IMG/VR virus record: IMGVR_UViG_3300047294_000129
Span: 1 to 55,368 of that record
Source: a virus
Lineage: Duplodnaviria; Caudoviricetes
Length of the DNA stretch: 55,368 nucleotides
Reading direction: 5' to 3' (one strand)
A program made the translations under genes and the position numbers. Below, in pieces: positions 45,944-53,954 of this stretch (positions are counted from its first letter, which is position 1; each line of letters begins with the position of its first letter). The notes below the pieces were generated by a model, which was not told the origin of the DNA, made no database searches, and saw nothing but the letters and a program-made list of their open reading frames with translations.

Positions 45944-46249
45944 TTAACGTGCGGTGACTTTGACGCTGAACGCGGCGGATGTTTTGGTGTACTCAGCGTA
46001 CACGTCAGCGCCAAACTTGGCGATGAATTTTTTGCTGTCAAAAGTCGAGCGGTTGGACTCGATGTACACGGCGCGGAAAAGGCTGCCTTCGACGAAACGC
46101 ACGCCTTCGTCATTTACTGCCAGCAAGCCGTCAGCGCCAGCTTCTTTGATGTCGTCTTTGATTTTTTCTGCCTGCTCGGTCAGATCTTTGATCTGGGCCA
46201 GCAATTCGCCAAGCTTGTCGATTTCGGAAATGTTTAAGTCGTTTTTCAT
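45944..46249 (-). CDS. Hypothetical protein (101 aa)
   Basis: IDKLGELLAQI...EGSLFRA...SVKVTAR; preceded by the RBS module and a TGtTACACT -10 at 46301-46309. Confidence 0.75.
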   Translation of the reverse strand: MKNDLNISEIDKLGELLAQIKDLTEQAEKIKDDIKEAGADGLLAVNDEGVRFVEGSLFRAVYIESNRSTFDSKKFIAKFGADVYAEYTKTSAAFSVKVTAR

Positions 46250-46356
46250 GATGTTGCCTTCGCTGTTGACCGACTGTGCAAAATGCTGTGTCGGTGCGTA
46301 AGTGTAACATTAAATTAATCGACGCAAACACAAATCCCAGTAAAATGTGTGGTTAT

Positions 46357-46647
46357 TCAATTTTGCTGGTTTAACAGGTCGTTAACGTCGGCCAGCAAAT
46401 CATCCTCATCAAACCCCCAATGCTTGGGGAAACCCTTTGTGCCAAGCCCGTGAAGGCCCGTCTTGCCCCTGTGGTGCTCTGGGCATAACGGTATGACTTC
46501 GTAGTGGCTTGAGCGCCTTCCTGCCCCTGTTCCAGCCCTTTTGTGATGGATCTCGGCAGGGGTGCCAGCGTAGCCCATGCGGCGGCACACCGCGCACCCT
46601 AAATCGCTCACCCTGTTCATGTGCTGGCGCTCAGCTTTCGTTGTCAT
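46357..46647 (-). CDS. Ref-like (RecA-dependent) HNH nuclease / DUF968-like (~96 aa)
   Basis: LGCAVC...PAEIHH...RRSSH..VIPLCPEHHRG..GLH. Confidence 0.8.
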   Translation of the reverse strand: MTTKAERQHMNRVSDLGCAVCRRMGYAGTPAEIHHKRAGTGAGRRSSHYEVIPLCPEHHRGKTGLHGLGTKGFPKHWGFDEDDLLADVNDLLNQQN

Positions 46648-46801
46648 GTTTTTTCTCGTACTCACTCTTCAGGTGATCGGCCAACAGCTTGCGCAGCCAC
46701 TTGGAGCCGCCAAGCTTCTGAAATGCAATCTTGTGTAAGGCTGACACGCGCACGTTGATTTGTATCGTTGATCCCGTGATATCACTTTTTTTGCGCGGCA
46801 T
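46631..46801 (-). CDS. Small putative DNA-binding protein (~56 aa)
   Basis: MPRKKS...IQINVRVS...FQKLGGSKWLRKLL, ribbon-helix-helix-like. Confidence 0.6.
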   Translation of the reverse strand: MPRKKSDITGSTIQINVRVSALHKIAFQKLGGSKWLRKLLADHLKSEYEKKHDNES

Positions 46802-46991
46802 CTTCTTGCTCCGTGTTGACAACCGCTCGAGCTACTGCCTCACGAATTTCTTCTCTGGTTATGGTTGGAAAATCCTGTATTTGTGTTTGCAGAATTTTTG
46901 CCACGGCGTAATAGTCACTGAACCTGTACATTCCCGCGCCCGCGACAACCCCAACCAAAAAAAACATGCCGTTGTAAATTGTTTCATCCAT
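46782..46991 (-). CDS. Small membrane protein (69 aa)
   Basis: N-terminal TM; packed operon. Confidence 0.55.
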   Translation of the reverse strand: MDETIYNGMFFLVGVVAGAGMYRFSDYYAVAKILQTQIQDFPTITREEIREAVARAVVNTEQEDAAQKK

Positions 46992-47181
46992 TTGTTTGTA
47001 TCTCCCATCGTTTGCACAATTGCTTTACTTGCAGTGTCTGTTTCTTTTTTTTCATGCACACTGCGCCAACTGACTTCTCTTTTGCTTTTTGTTTCAATGT
47101 TTTTTGTACTGGTGGCTCAGGCAGCAAACCAATCAATCCCATCACGCCTAGCATCACACAAAAAATGATTCGGCTTATCAA
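46984..47181 (-). CDS. Small membrane protein (65 aa)
   Basis: N-terminal TM, basic tail, overlapping neighbours. Confidence 0.55.
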   Translation of the reverse strand: MISRIIFCVMLGVMGLIGLLPEPPVQKTLKQKAKEKSVGAVCMKKKKQTLQVKQLCKRWEIQTNG

Positions 47182-47399
47182 GTGATCTTCTCCTTAGCGG
47201 CACGCATCGCATCTTTGAAGGCGGCAATTCTGGCTTGATGTTCAGGCGTATATTGCGGTTCAGTAGAAAGCGGCAGGTCTAGGATTTCACTCATCAAATG
47301 CACACCCCCATCTGGTCTGACAACGCAGGCAACCACACCGATCCGACCATCTGTTTCCCAATACGCTTTGAAAGAATACCTAACTGTCTCTTGTGTCAT
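47178..47399 (-). CDS. Hypothetical protein (73 aa)
   Basis: GGAG RBS; ATGA coupling. Confidence 0.65.
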   Translation of the reverse strand: MTQETVRYSFKAYWETDGRIGVVACVVRPDGGVHLMSEILDLPLSTEPQYTPEHQARIAAFKDAMRAAKEKIT

Positions 47400-47644
47400 G
47401 TGTTCTTCTCCTTGAGTTCGGCCTCAAAAGCCCTAGCCAATATCAAGACATCTGTCCAATCATCTCCGTGGTCTTTTCCATTTAGCCATATTTCTTTGAT
47501 TCTTTCTTCTGTCAGCCCTACCCATGTGCGCTGTGTGAACAAGGGGACGCGATCTAAATTTGCGACAGTAGGTGTATACCATTTGATCGGCTCTGCAAAT
47601 TCCAGTCTGCGCTTCTCAACATTGATGTATGCGATAGGTGTCAT
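47396..47644 (-). CDS. Hypothetical protein (~82 aa)
   Basis: RTWVGLTEE...ARAFEAELKEKNT motif common in phage accessory genes. Confidence 0.7.
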   Translation of the reverse strand: MTPIAYINVEKRRLEFAEPIKWYTPTVANLDRVPLFTQRTWVGLTEERIKEIWLNGKDHGDDWTDVLILARAFEAELKEKNT

Positions 47645-47859
47645 GCTTCCCTCGCTCTCATCATTGCGTCTGCCATTGCGTAACACATTGAGGCATAGAC
47701 ATCTTGTATTTTTTGCGCCTTATCAATTGAATAATGCTTACTTTCCAATTCCGAGGTAACAGACTTCATCAATGTTTCTATCCCTCTTGCCGCAAAGTAG
47801 TCACGCAGGGTCATGCCATCTGTTCCGAGTCCGTTTGGAAATGCTTGTGGGTTGTTCAT
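47641..47859 (-). CDS. Hypothetical protein, GMTLRDYFAA family (~72 aa)
   Basis: PQAFP...GMTLRDYFAA...YAMADAMMRARE. Confidence 0.8.
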   Translation of the reverse strand: MNNPQAFPNGLGTDGMTLRDYFAARGIETLMKSVTSELESKHYSIDKAQKIQDVYASMCYAMADAMMRAREA

Positions 47860-47860
47860 T

Positions 47861-48079
47861 TCAAATCCTTTTTGAGACATTACCGTTCTCGTCGATCTCG
47901 ATATAACCGCCTTCGGTTTCTACAGTAATCTCAGGCACACAAGTGCAGGGTTCGGGGTTTTTCTTGAGAGCGCCGCACCAGTCATCGTGTTTAACATTCG
48001 GCATAACCACGCCACCTGTAATGTGCCCATCACTCAAGGCTTTCATAAGTCGCTCCATGTAATCCATCTTTTTACTCAT
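47861..48079 (-). CDS. Hypothetical protein (72 aa)
   Basis: HDDWC...CTCVP metal-binding-like motif; coupled. Confidence 0.65.
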   Translation of the reverse strand: MSKKMDYMERLMKALSDGHITGGVVMPNVKHDDWCGALKKNPEPCTCVPEITVETEGGYIEIDENGNVSKRI

Positions 48080-48291
48080 TTCTTCATCTCCCTTATGTAG
48101 ATTGCAAACGAACTGATGGTGTCCTGACCAAAGCCAGTCATGCTCTCAATAGCGACCACCACCTCTTCGATAACGTCATTGCGTAGCTCGTCATAGACCT
48201 GTTGCTGGGTCTTTACTGGAAGGTTTTTTATGATCTCTTGCTTCGCTTTGCTTTGAAGCTCTGTGTCGTTGTATTCAGGTTCTAGAATCAT
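48076..48291 (-). CDS. Hypothetical protein (71 aa)
   Basis: LRNDVIEEV...FGQDTISSFAIYIREMK. Confidence 0.7.
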   Translation of the reverse strand: MILEPEYNDTELQSKAKQEIIKNLPVKTQQQVYDELRNDVIEEVVVAIESMTGFGQDTISSFAIYIREMKK

Positions 48292-48544
48292 TTGCCACCT
48301 CTTTTAATAAATCTATCACTGGCAACAAAGCCAAAATCTCAGGGAACACTAGCCCCGCGTTTTTGTGACGATATTTTGGCCCAGCTTTGGATCCGTGGTG
48401 CTCAATGCGGGCTTGTTTGGCAACTATTTGTCTGGCGCGTTCAGCCGAAAAACCAAAATGTTTTCCAATCTCTTGCAAAGTTTTACCTTGATTTTTCATA
48501 TGCAACGCCAGAATGCTTCTTTCCTCTGATTCTCTGGAATTCAT
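48275..48544 (-). CDS. Sigma70 region-4-like HTH protein (89 aa)
   Basis: GKTLQEIGKHFGFSAERARQIVAK. Confidence 0.8.
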   Translation of the reverse strand: MNSRESEERSILALHMKNQGKTLQEIGKHFGFSAERARQIVAKQARIEHHGSKAGPKYRHKNAGLVFPEILALLPVIDLLKEVANDSRT

Positions 48545-48873
48545 ACGGTTGCCTTAAATTCTTGTCGCGCATTAGCTTGCTCTGTGCGCCAAATTTCAAC
48601 GCGCAACTCTGCTGCTTTTAAATCCCAACGAAGCTTTTCTTCAATTGCGGTAGCGTCTTTGATGCCCGCAATGTGAACCTCATAATCTTTGTGAGCGTAC
48701 GCCTCTCGCTCTTGCGCGGCAATGCTTGACTCGCCGCTCTGCTTCATCAAAATTGCTTTTAATGATTTTGAAAAATACTCAAGCTCGGTGCGCCTTGCCT
48801 TTGCCTCTGCAAATTTTGTGGCGTGCAGCAAAATGTAATCAACCGCCTTATGCGGATCGCGTTCTTTCGTCAT
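48541..48873 (-). CDS. Hypothetical helical protein (~110 aa)
   Basis: DPHKAVDYI...AQEREAYA...AELRVEIWRTEQANAR. Confidence 0.75.
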   Translation of the reverse strand: MTKERDPHKAVDYILLHATKFAEAKARRTELEYFSKSLKAILMKQSGESSIAAQEREAYAHKDYEVHIAGIKDATAIEEKLRWDLKAAELRVEIWRTEQANARQEFKATV

Positions 48874-48965
48874 TTTTTTCTCCGTACAAAAATAATTAAC
48901 AAAACTGGCACAACCATCCAAACCACCAAGCCCGTTATCAGCAACACATTAATCACTATGTGCAT
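48870..48965 (-). CDS. Single-TM micropeptide (31 aa), not in the ORF track
   Basis: MHIVINVLLITGLVVWMVVPVLLIIFVRRKK; GAGG upstream; ATGA overlap with the next gene. Confidence 0.55.
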   Translation of the reverse strand: MHIVINVLLITGLVVWMVVPVLLIIFVRRKK

Positions 48966-49320
48966 CATTGACCTCGCTTATTAAAATTTTTAACATGCCG
49001 CCCTTTTCTTTGGCCCAAAAAATTCTTAGGTCAACGATCTGGCTGTCGTCTTTATAAACACCCGCCTTTGCCAACGCATCAAGTGGAGCCTTCAACAGGT
49101 TGTCCAAATCGCGCTTCCTTTCATCAGGCCGATAAGCCTGAATTTGCACAACGATTTTGTTTTCGTATGTCTTGTTTTGCCTGAAGCCCTGCAACAAAAT
49201 CTGGTCAGCAACTACGGCTCGGTAACTTCTACCCTCTGCGCTGATCAACATTCGCCCTTGGTGCGTGCGCCAATACGAATTAACGCTTGGGGGCCACGGT
49301 AGAACTATTTCGCTTTGCAC
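48949..49320 (-). CDS. rusA: RusA-family Holliday junction resolvase (~123 aa)
   Basis: LPWPPSVNSYWR...PDERKRDLDNLLKAPLDAL...DDSQIVDL; GGAGG before GTG 49320. Confidence 0.9.
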   Translation of the reverse strand: MQSEIVLPWPPSVNSYWRTHQGRMLISAEGRSYRAVVADQILLQGFRQNKTYENKIVVQIQAYRPDERKRDLDNLLKAPLDALAKAGVYKDDSQIVDLRIFWAKEKGGMLKILISEVNDAHSD

Positions 49321-49588
49321 GCTCGACCTCCATTCTTTTAACAAGTTCAGCGCTCGCTCCAACTCCTCGACGCTTATCAATGTCATTTTTTACTCCTGCC
49401 CACCATAATTGCGCGGCTTCTGACCCTAGCTCGCCAATCTTCTGGAGCCGCCTCTTCATCCAATCCCTTGCTTCGCACTCGCGCATATGCTGCTGCGTCT
49501 CCAGTGAGACGGAGTGCTTCATTGGTGCAATTCGTTGAGCAGGGATAGCCTTCACGGACTTGGTCGAGGATTTTGTTTGCTTCTTCAC
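49280..49588 (-). CDS. Hypothetical protein (start probably MRECEARDW near 49488)
   Basis: CEARDW...WW.GVKNDIDKRRG motif; overlaps neighbours. Confidence 0.5.
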   Translation of the reverse strand: MKKQTKSSTKSVKAIPAQRIAPMKHSVSLETQQHMRECEARDWMKRRLQKIGELGSEAAQLWWAGVKNDIDKRRGVGASAELVKRMEVERAKRNSSTVAPKR

Positions 49589-49591
49589 GGT

Positions 49592-50461
49592 TCACCTTTT
49601 TGTCTCCACAAGTTTCATTCCAAAGTTGTTGACTTTGTCTGAGATGCAAATGCCTTCAATGCGTTTGAGCCTGTTTGATTTAAATGCTCTGTAATCAACA
49701 TGGTGATGCCAGCGATTGAACCTCCAAACCACCTTTGCTACATCTGGGTGCAAATCTGCCAGCATTTGCGATTTTGGTAACGTGCCTTCTTTTGCATAAA
49801 ACTCATCTGTGTTACCACCCGCCATGGTCTGGGTGGTGGCCTTCTCTTGCAGGAAGGCATTGAACTGAACAGTGCAGAGGCCAGCCTTGAGCGCCCGCAA
49901 GCTCAAATCGGTGTCTTCGTTGTACCGACCCCTCCAACGAAATGGCAGATCGTTTTTAATCAGCAGCAAAGAATAGATTCGCGTGTTCAAAACAAATGGT
50001 GGAATTTTTTCTTTGGCCTTGGCAAAAAAATCGTAATTGAATCCAGCAATGGCAACGTTCTCATAGCGGTCAACAAATTCTTCTGCTGCCCTAAATATCG
50101 TGCCAGATTCGACTTTGCACATCAGGTTTCGGTTCAAACGGTTGAAAGAGGCAATGTTGTCGTCCATGACCCAGTGGCGGTCGGCTTCTTGGGTAAGGCT
50201 GTGGAGCCAACAAAAGTTGCGTGCCGCCCCCGGCCCCTTGCCCCGCGCCTCACCCACGTCATCACATGTGTCGTAGTCCCTCAAAAACTCTGGCGGCAGC
50301 ACCAGCACCTTTGCTGGGTCAATCACACTCGCGTACTCATCTCGCTCGTGCTCCTCCACAACGATGTAATACGGCACGTTGATACGGTCTAGCGCTTTGC
50401 TGGTCAGGCGCGTCTTCCAGCGCCCTTTAGACACAATATAAACAGGGTACTTAGGATTCAT
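49592..50461 (-). CDS. GREB1/TET-associated (TAGT)-like glycosyltransferase (~289 aa)
   Basis: PVYIVSKGR...GPGAARNF...HWVMDDNI...NTRIYS...WRGRYNEDTDLSLR...GGNT. Confidence 0.75.
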   Translation of the reverse strand: MNPKYPVYIVSKGRWKTRLTSKALDRINVPYYIVVEEHERDEYASVIDPAKVLVLPPEFLRDYDTCDDVGEARGKGPGAARNFCWLHSLTQEADRHWVMDDNIASFNRLNRNLMCKVESGTIFRAAEEFVDRYENVAIAGFNYDFFAKAKEKIPPFVLNTRIYSLLLIKNDLPFRWRGRYNEDTDLSLRALKAGLCTVQFNAFLQEKATTQTMAGGNTDEFYAKEGTLPKSQMLADLHPDVAKVVWRFNRWHHHVDYRAFKSNRLKRIEGICISDKVNNFGMKLVETKR

Positions 50462-50714
50462 CAACGTACCTGTACAAAGATGCCCTGCGCGGCTCCGCAT
50501 ACGGGAACCACAAGGTCTTTTGCTTCTCGGTGATCTTCTGGCCCATAAGCGCCTCAAAGGCGGCTACGTCCTCGGCATTGCGAAAGCGCACGTTGAGCAC
50601 CCTGTAAGGTGTCAAATCTTCTTGCTCGTACTCTGGCATGTCTTTCCACTCATCACGCCAAGATTCGGGCAAGTTTTCAAAAAGGTTTAGTGTTTTATCA
50701 ATATGGCTCATCAT
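50451..50714 (-). CDS. Small protein coupled to the glycosyltransferase gene (87 aa)
   Basis: EWKDMPEYEQED...VRFRNAEDV..F...QKITEKQKTLWFP; overlaps the GT start. Confidence 0.7.
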   Translation of the reverse strand: MMSHIDKTLNLFENLPESWRDEWKDMPEYEQEDLTPYRVLNVRFRNAEDVAAFEALMGQKITEKQKTLWFPYAEPRRASLYRYVDES

Positions 50715-50931
50715 CTACTTCGCTGTACGGTTTGGTGGGCGGGTGATTGAATGTGACCTTAGGAGCAGATAAGCCGTAATCAGGATCTTTGCCCCACGCA
50801 TGGTCTGAGCACTTGCGCCAACCCATGTTGACTGACCAGCGCTTGCCACACCCTGCAACTTGACACATCAAAAATTTGGTGTCGTTTTCGTCGCGATCAA
50901 ATTTGGTTACCGTCGGTTTTTCGAATGTCAT
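50698..50931 (-). CDS. Small Zn-finger protein (~77 aa)
   Basis: CQVAGC..RWSV...CSDH; ATGA overlap with the replication gene. Confidence 0.7.
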   Translation of the reverse strand: MTFEKPTVTKFDRDENDTKFLMCQVAGCGKRWSVNMGWRKCSDHAWGKDPDYGLSAPKVTFNHPPTKPYSEVDDEPY

Positions 50932-51677
50932 TTTTGATATTTCCCATCGATGATTTTTTGGAAGTTGGCTTGATTGACGACCCAGACCAAGTCGGGCACC
51001 CACCTGCGCCCTTCGGACTCGTAGCCAGCGGAAAGTGACGTGTCGTCAGCTATGTACGCAAAGAAGCTTTCCCACCACGCAAGCCCCTCTTGTACGGTCT
51101 TGTAGCCGTCTTTTGAAAAGCTTGATGGTTTGGCAGCCTGCGCCCATCGTGCCCGCATATGGCCCTGTCTTGCACCCTCCCAAACCCGAGGTTGCGGCAG
51201 GTGTGGCAGTTTTTTTTTCCAAAGATCAATCAATGCCTGCTGTGGACAAGGTGGAAACCTCGTTTCCGCCAAAGATGCGTCAGCATCTTTAATTAATTGG
51301 TTATTGGTTATTGGTTCATGGTTATTGGTTGCCTTAGCGCTGGGTTCCCAGTCGGTAGCCACTGGGTTCTTTTTTCTTCCGCCAAGCCGTCCATTTGCCC
51401 TGTTTTTTTCTGCCATCGAATGGTATTGCTCGATGACCGAATCGCACCTTTTATGCGACCACCCAGATTCTGTTTGACAGAACATGTCCTGCAAAACCAC
51501 CTTAACGACTTCGGTATCCACTCGCAACCGTTTGGCAACCCACTGGGTATCCAATGGGATAGGTTTTTCAGTGTCGTAATACATCTCGATGAGACGACGG
51601 TACGCCAAGTCTTCTTCGTTGGAAAGATGGGCTGTGGCAGCCCTGTAATCGCCAATGTGGAATTGAAAGTAGTTCAT
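50928..51677 (-). CDS. DUF1376 (YdaU-like) replication initiator (249 aa)
   Basis: MNYFQFHIGDY...HLSNEEDLAYRRLIEMYYDTEKP...NGRLGGR; C-terminal NFQKIIDGKY. Confidence 0.85.
   Translation of the reverse strand: MNYFQFHIGDYRAATAHLSNEEDLAYRRLIEMYYDTEKPIPLDTQWVAKRLRVDTEVVKVVLQDMFCQTESGWSHKRCDSVIEQYHSMAEKNRANGRLGGRKKNPVATDWEPSAKATNNHEPITNNQLIKDADASLAETRFPPCPQQALIDLWKKKLPHLPQPRVWEGARQGHMRARWAQAAKPSSFSKDGYKTVQEGLAWWESFFAYIADDTSLSAGYESEGRRWVPDLVWVVNQANFQKIIDGKYQK
51298..51331. repeat. Short TGGTTAT-type repeats inside the replication gene, possible origin iterons
   Basis: tggttattggttattggttcatggttattggttg next to an AT-rich ttttaattaa in the initiator linker. Confidence 0.45.
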
Positions 51678-52009
51678 GCGCTTTTAGGTTGTTTTTTGGG
51701 TCTACCGCCAAGCAATGCAAGGCGGCGGTTTGTCTTTCGCTGATGGATTCGATTCATTAGGTCACGATCAATTTTCGGATCGCGCCAACAGTTTGCTTCT
51801 CTGTCAAATTGAAAAAATTTCTCCAAAACACTTTTCACGTTTTCACTTGGCAGGTCGATTGACTCAGCCAACTCGTGCACATTCGCCGTCAACGGCTCTT
51901 CGTACATGTAGTAGACATCTATCAACCGACGCAAGGCCATGTCATCAAAGACCGACAGGCTCCCTGCTCGATCGTAGTGTATATCAATATCGAACTTGTG
52001 CCACTTCAT
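51674..52009 (-). CDS. Second, short DUF1376-like protein (111 aa)
   Basis: MKWHKFDI...DDMALRRLIDVYYMYEEPL...VLEKFF...GGRPKK parallels the N-domain of 50928..51677. Confidence 0.75.
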   Translation of the reverse strand: MKWHKFDIDIHYDRAGSLSVFDDMALRRLIDVYYMYEEPLTANVHELAESIDLPSENVKSVLEKFFQFDREANCWRDPKIDRDLMNRIHQRKTNRRLALLGGRPKKQPKSA

Positions 52010-52215
52010 TTGATACTTCCAAATAAATCAGGCCGCAAGTCAGAGCGTTTAACTACCATCAGCGTTGCTTTTTCAATCTGCCGCGCCAATTTTGCGCTTG
52101 GAACTTTTTTTCCAACGCGGATCAAAGAAAGCCAAGTGACGCTAATGTCCAATTGCTTAGCCAACATGGATTGAGCGCCTTTCGGTTTATCTTTAAAATA
52201 TTCTGCCAAAGTCAT
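52006..52215 (-). CDS. Cro/YdaS-like HTH regulator (69 aa)
   Basis: MTLAEYF...LAKQLDISVTWLSLI...PSAKLARQIEKAT...RSDLRPDLF; GGAGG RBS. Confidence 0.85.
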   Translation of the reverse strand: MTLAEYFKDKPKGAQSMLAKQLDISVTWLSLIRVGKKVPSAKLARQIEKATLMVVKRSDLRPDLFGSIK

Positions 52216-52303
52216 TGATTACCTCCATTTGTTTGACTATGATACACTACTTCCAAAAAGGTTATAAAACTTTGTGTGGTATCATAAGTTAAAGGAGTTT
52301 AAC
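52216..52303. promoter_or_regulatory. Divergent promoter region
   Basis: TATCAT -10 on each strand (52239-52244 minus; 52280-52285 plus, with TGn) forming an inverted repeat; strand switch point. Confidence 0.6.
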
Positions 52304-52462
52304 ATGCGCGAAGATCCTGACGCACTCGACCAAAATCGTTTGCAGTCTGCCTTATTGGCAAAGCCCAAAGCTCGGCTTGGCTTTGATTGGCCCTACCTGC
52401 TGGGGCTAGCCATTTCATTTTTGGGTGGCGTGGCGGTTGCAAGTGCCTACCTCATCAACTGA
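52304..52462 (+). CDS. Small single-TM protein (52 aa)
   Basis: AAGGAG RBS; C-terminal hydrophobic helix. Confidence 0.65.
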   Translation: MREDPDALDQNRLQSALLAKPKARLGFDWPYLLGLAISFLGGVAVASAYLIN

Positions 52463-52478
52463 CAAAACTGACAAAACC

Positions 52479-52673
52479 ATGAAATCACACGACAGCGAAT
52501 TGAACGAATTAAATTTTTCACGAATGCATGCGTTAGAGGAGGCTCTGCAAAGGGCTGAGACTGGCGCGGCAACCAAGGCCGACTGGGCGTTGATCCGCAT
52601 GGAATGCGGCATGCCTGAAGGCCATTTTTTTAGCTCAACAAAAGGAAATAGTTATGTCTTTGATAGCGTCTGA
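52479..52673 (+). CDS. Hypothetical protein (~64 aa)
   Basis: LEEALQRAETG.AT.ADWALIRMECG. Confidence 0.65.
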   Translation: MKSHDSELNELNFSRMHALEEALQRAETGAATKADWALIRMECGMPEGHFFSSTKGNSYVFDSV

Positions 52674-53304
52674 TAGCGGTGGCGGCTCCTCATTCACACC
52701 CGTGCCAGCGGGCCTACATATGGCTCGGTGTTACAGGATTGTGGACTTGGGAACGCAAAAAACAACATTCAATGGCGAAACCAAAATGCAGCACAAAATC
52801 ATGTTGCAGTTTGAAGTGCACGGCGAAAACGACAGCGGCGAACCGTTGGTGACCTCAAAGGGTGAGCCAATGTCAATCTCTAAAAACTACACCCTGAGCC
52901 TGAGCGAAAAGGCAACGTTACGTGCTGACTTGCAGGCGTGGCGCGGGCGTGCTTTTGAGGCTGATGAACTGCGCGGGTTTGATATCCGCAAGGTTTTGGG
53001 TCAGTGGGCAATGATTGCGGTTGGAACAGCAACAGGTAACAACGGCAAGACCTACACCAACATCCTTAACCTGAACCCCATCCCAAAGATGTTGAAAGAC
53101 ACGCTGCCTGTGCCGCACAACCCAGCAGCATTCTTCACCATCTCCAATCCAGACATGGATCTATTCACCTCGTTTAGCAACAGCTTGCGCGAGAAGATTG
53201 CGTCCTCCCCTGAGTGGCAAGCACGCGGCAACTCAAGCGCCTCATCGTCCGCTAAGGCGAACTCCAGTGGTTTTGATGACATGGATGACGACATCCCTTT
53301 TTAA
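52654..53304 (+). CDS. SSB-like OB-fold protein with acidic DDDIPF tail (216 aa)
   Basis: PAGLHMARCYRIVDLGTQ...YTLSLSEKATLRADLQAWRGR...GFDDMDDDIPF. Confidence 0.75.
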   Translation: MSLIASDSGGGSSFTPVPAGLHMARCYRIVDLGTQKTTFNGETKMQHKIMLQFEVHGENDSGEPLVTSKGEPMSISKNYTLSLSEKATLRADLQAWRGRAFEADELRGFDIRKVLGQWAMIAVGTATGNNGKTYTNILNLNPIPKMLKDTLPVPHNPAAFFTISNPDMDLFTSFSNSLREKIASSPEWQARGNSSASSSAKANSSGFDDMDDDIPF

Positions 53305-53314
53305 GGAGCAAAAA

Positions 53315-53710
53315 ATGGAACAGATACAAAAAACCACTTTGGAGCGTGCCATCAAAATGCTTGGTGCGCTACCAGTCAAATTTGCTGTGGTGGCAGATTT
53401 TGGCGACGGTAAAGGCCCGCAGGTGCTTGGTAATGCCGAAATGGTTGACAAGGATTTTTTAAACCCCAGTCGAACCAAGAAAAAAGGCCCTGACCCACGG
53501 TTTGCTCGCGGCGAGCGAGCTAATCACATACGGGCGCATGTTGGCGATTTAAAAGTTAATGAGGTTGGTTATGTGCCTGTCAATGGTTACGACCCAACGC
53601 AAATTCTTTCGCAGACATCATCTTGGAGTGTTCAGGCGTGGGGCACAGGCAACTCGACCTGTTGCCATAGGCCAGACACCAAAACAATTGAAATTTTGCG
53701 TCTAGGTTGA
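53315..53710 (+). CDS. Hypothetical protein (~131 aa)
   Basis: AAGGAG RBS before MEQIQK. Confidence 0.75.
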   Translation: MEQIQKTTLERAIKMLGALPVKFAVVADFGDGKGPQVLGNAEMVDKDFLNPSRTKKKGPDPRFARGERANHIRAHVGDLKVNEVGYVPVNGYDPTQILSQTSSWSVQAWGTGNSTCCHRPDTKTIEILRLG

Positions 53711-53726
53711 ACTTAAGGAGAAACAC

Positions 53727-53954
53727 ATGAAAATTTTGTCTGTTAGCTGGAACCCAAATCTTGACAAAACAACCGTCAAATTAACCCAAGATTTTATGTC
53801 TTCTGATTGGGTTGTTCGGGCTGATGTCTTAAAGGACGTCCTCATAGAAATTACAGAATTGTATGAGGCGGTAAAAAATGAGAACAAAAAATCCATTGTT
53901 GCTGATGTCCTTGGTCATGGCGAAAACAAACCAAAATTAGAAAGCGTGAAATGA
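53727..53954 (+). CDS. Hypothetical protein (75 aa)
   Basis: AAGGAG RBS. Confidence 0.7.
   Translation: MKILSVSWNPNLDKTTVKLTQDFMSSDWVVRADVLKDVLIEITELYEAVKNENKKSIVADVLGHGENKPKLESVK

Larger units (their letters stand above)
42789..46267 (-). repeat. Five exact AACAGCGAAGG RBS-containing repeats (42789, 43632, 43963, 45329, 46257)
   Basis: Plus-strand CCTTCGCTGTT lies 7-9 nt upstream of five minus-strand start codons. Confidence 0.9.

Noticed and set aside
49383-49649. ORF VNREEANKIL... overlapping 49280..49588
   Set aside because: It may be real (GGAG before a GTG at the GT stop), but it overlaps another plausible ORF extensively and cannot be resolved without homologs.
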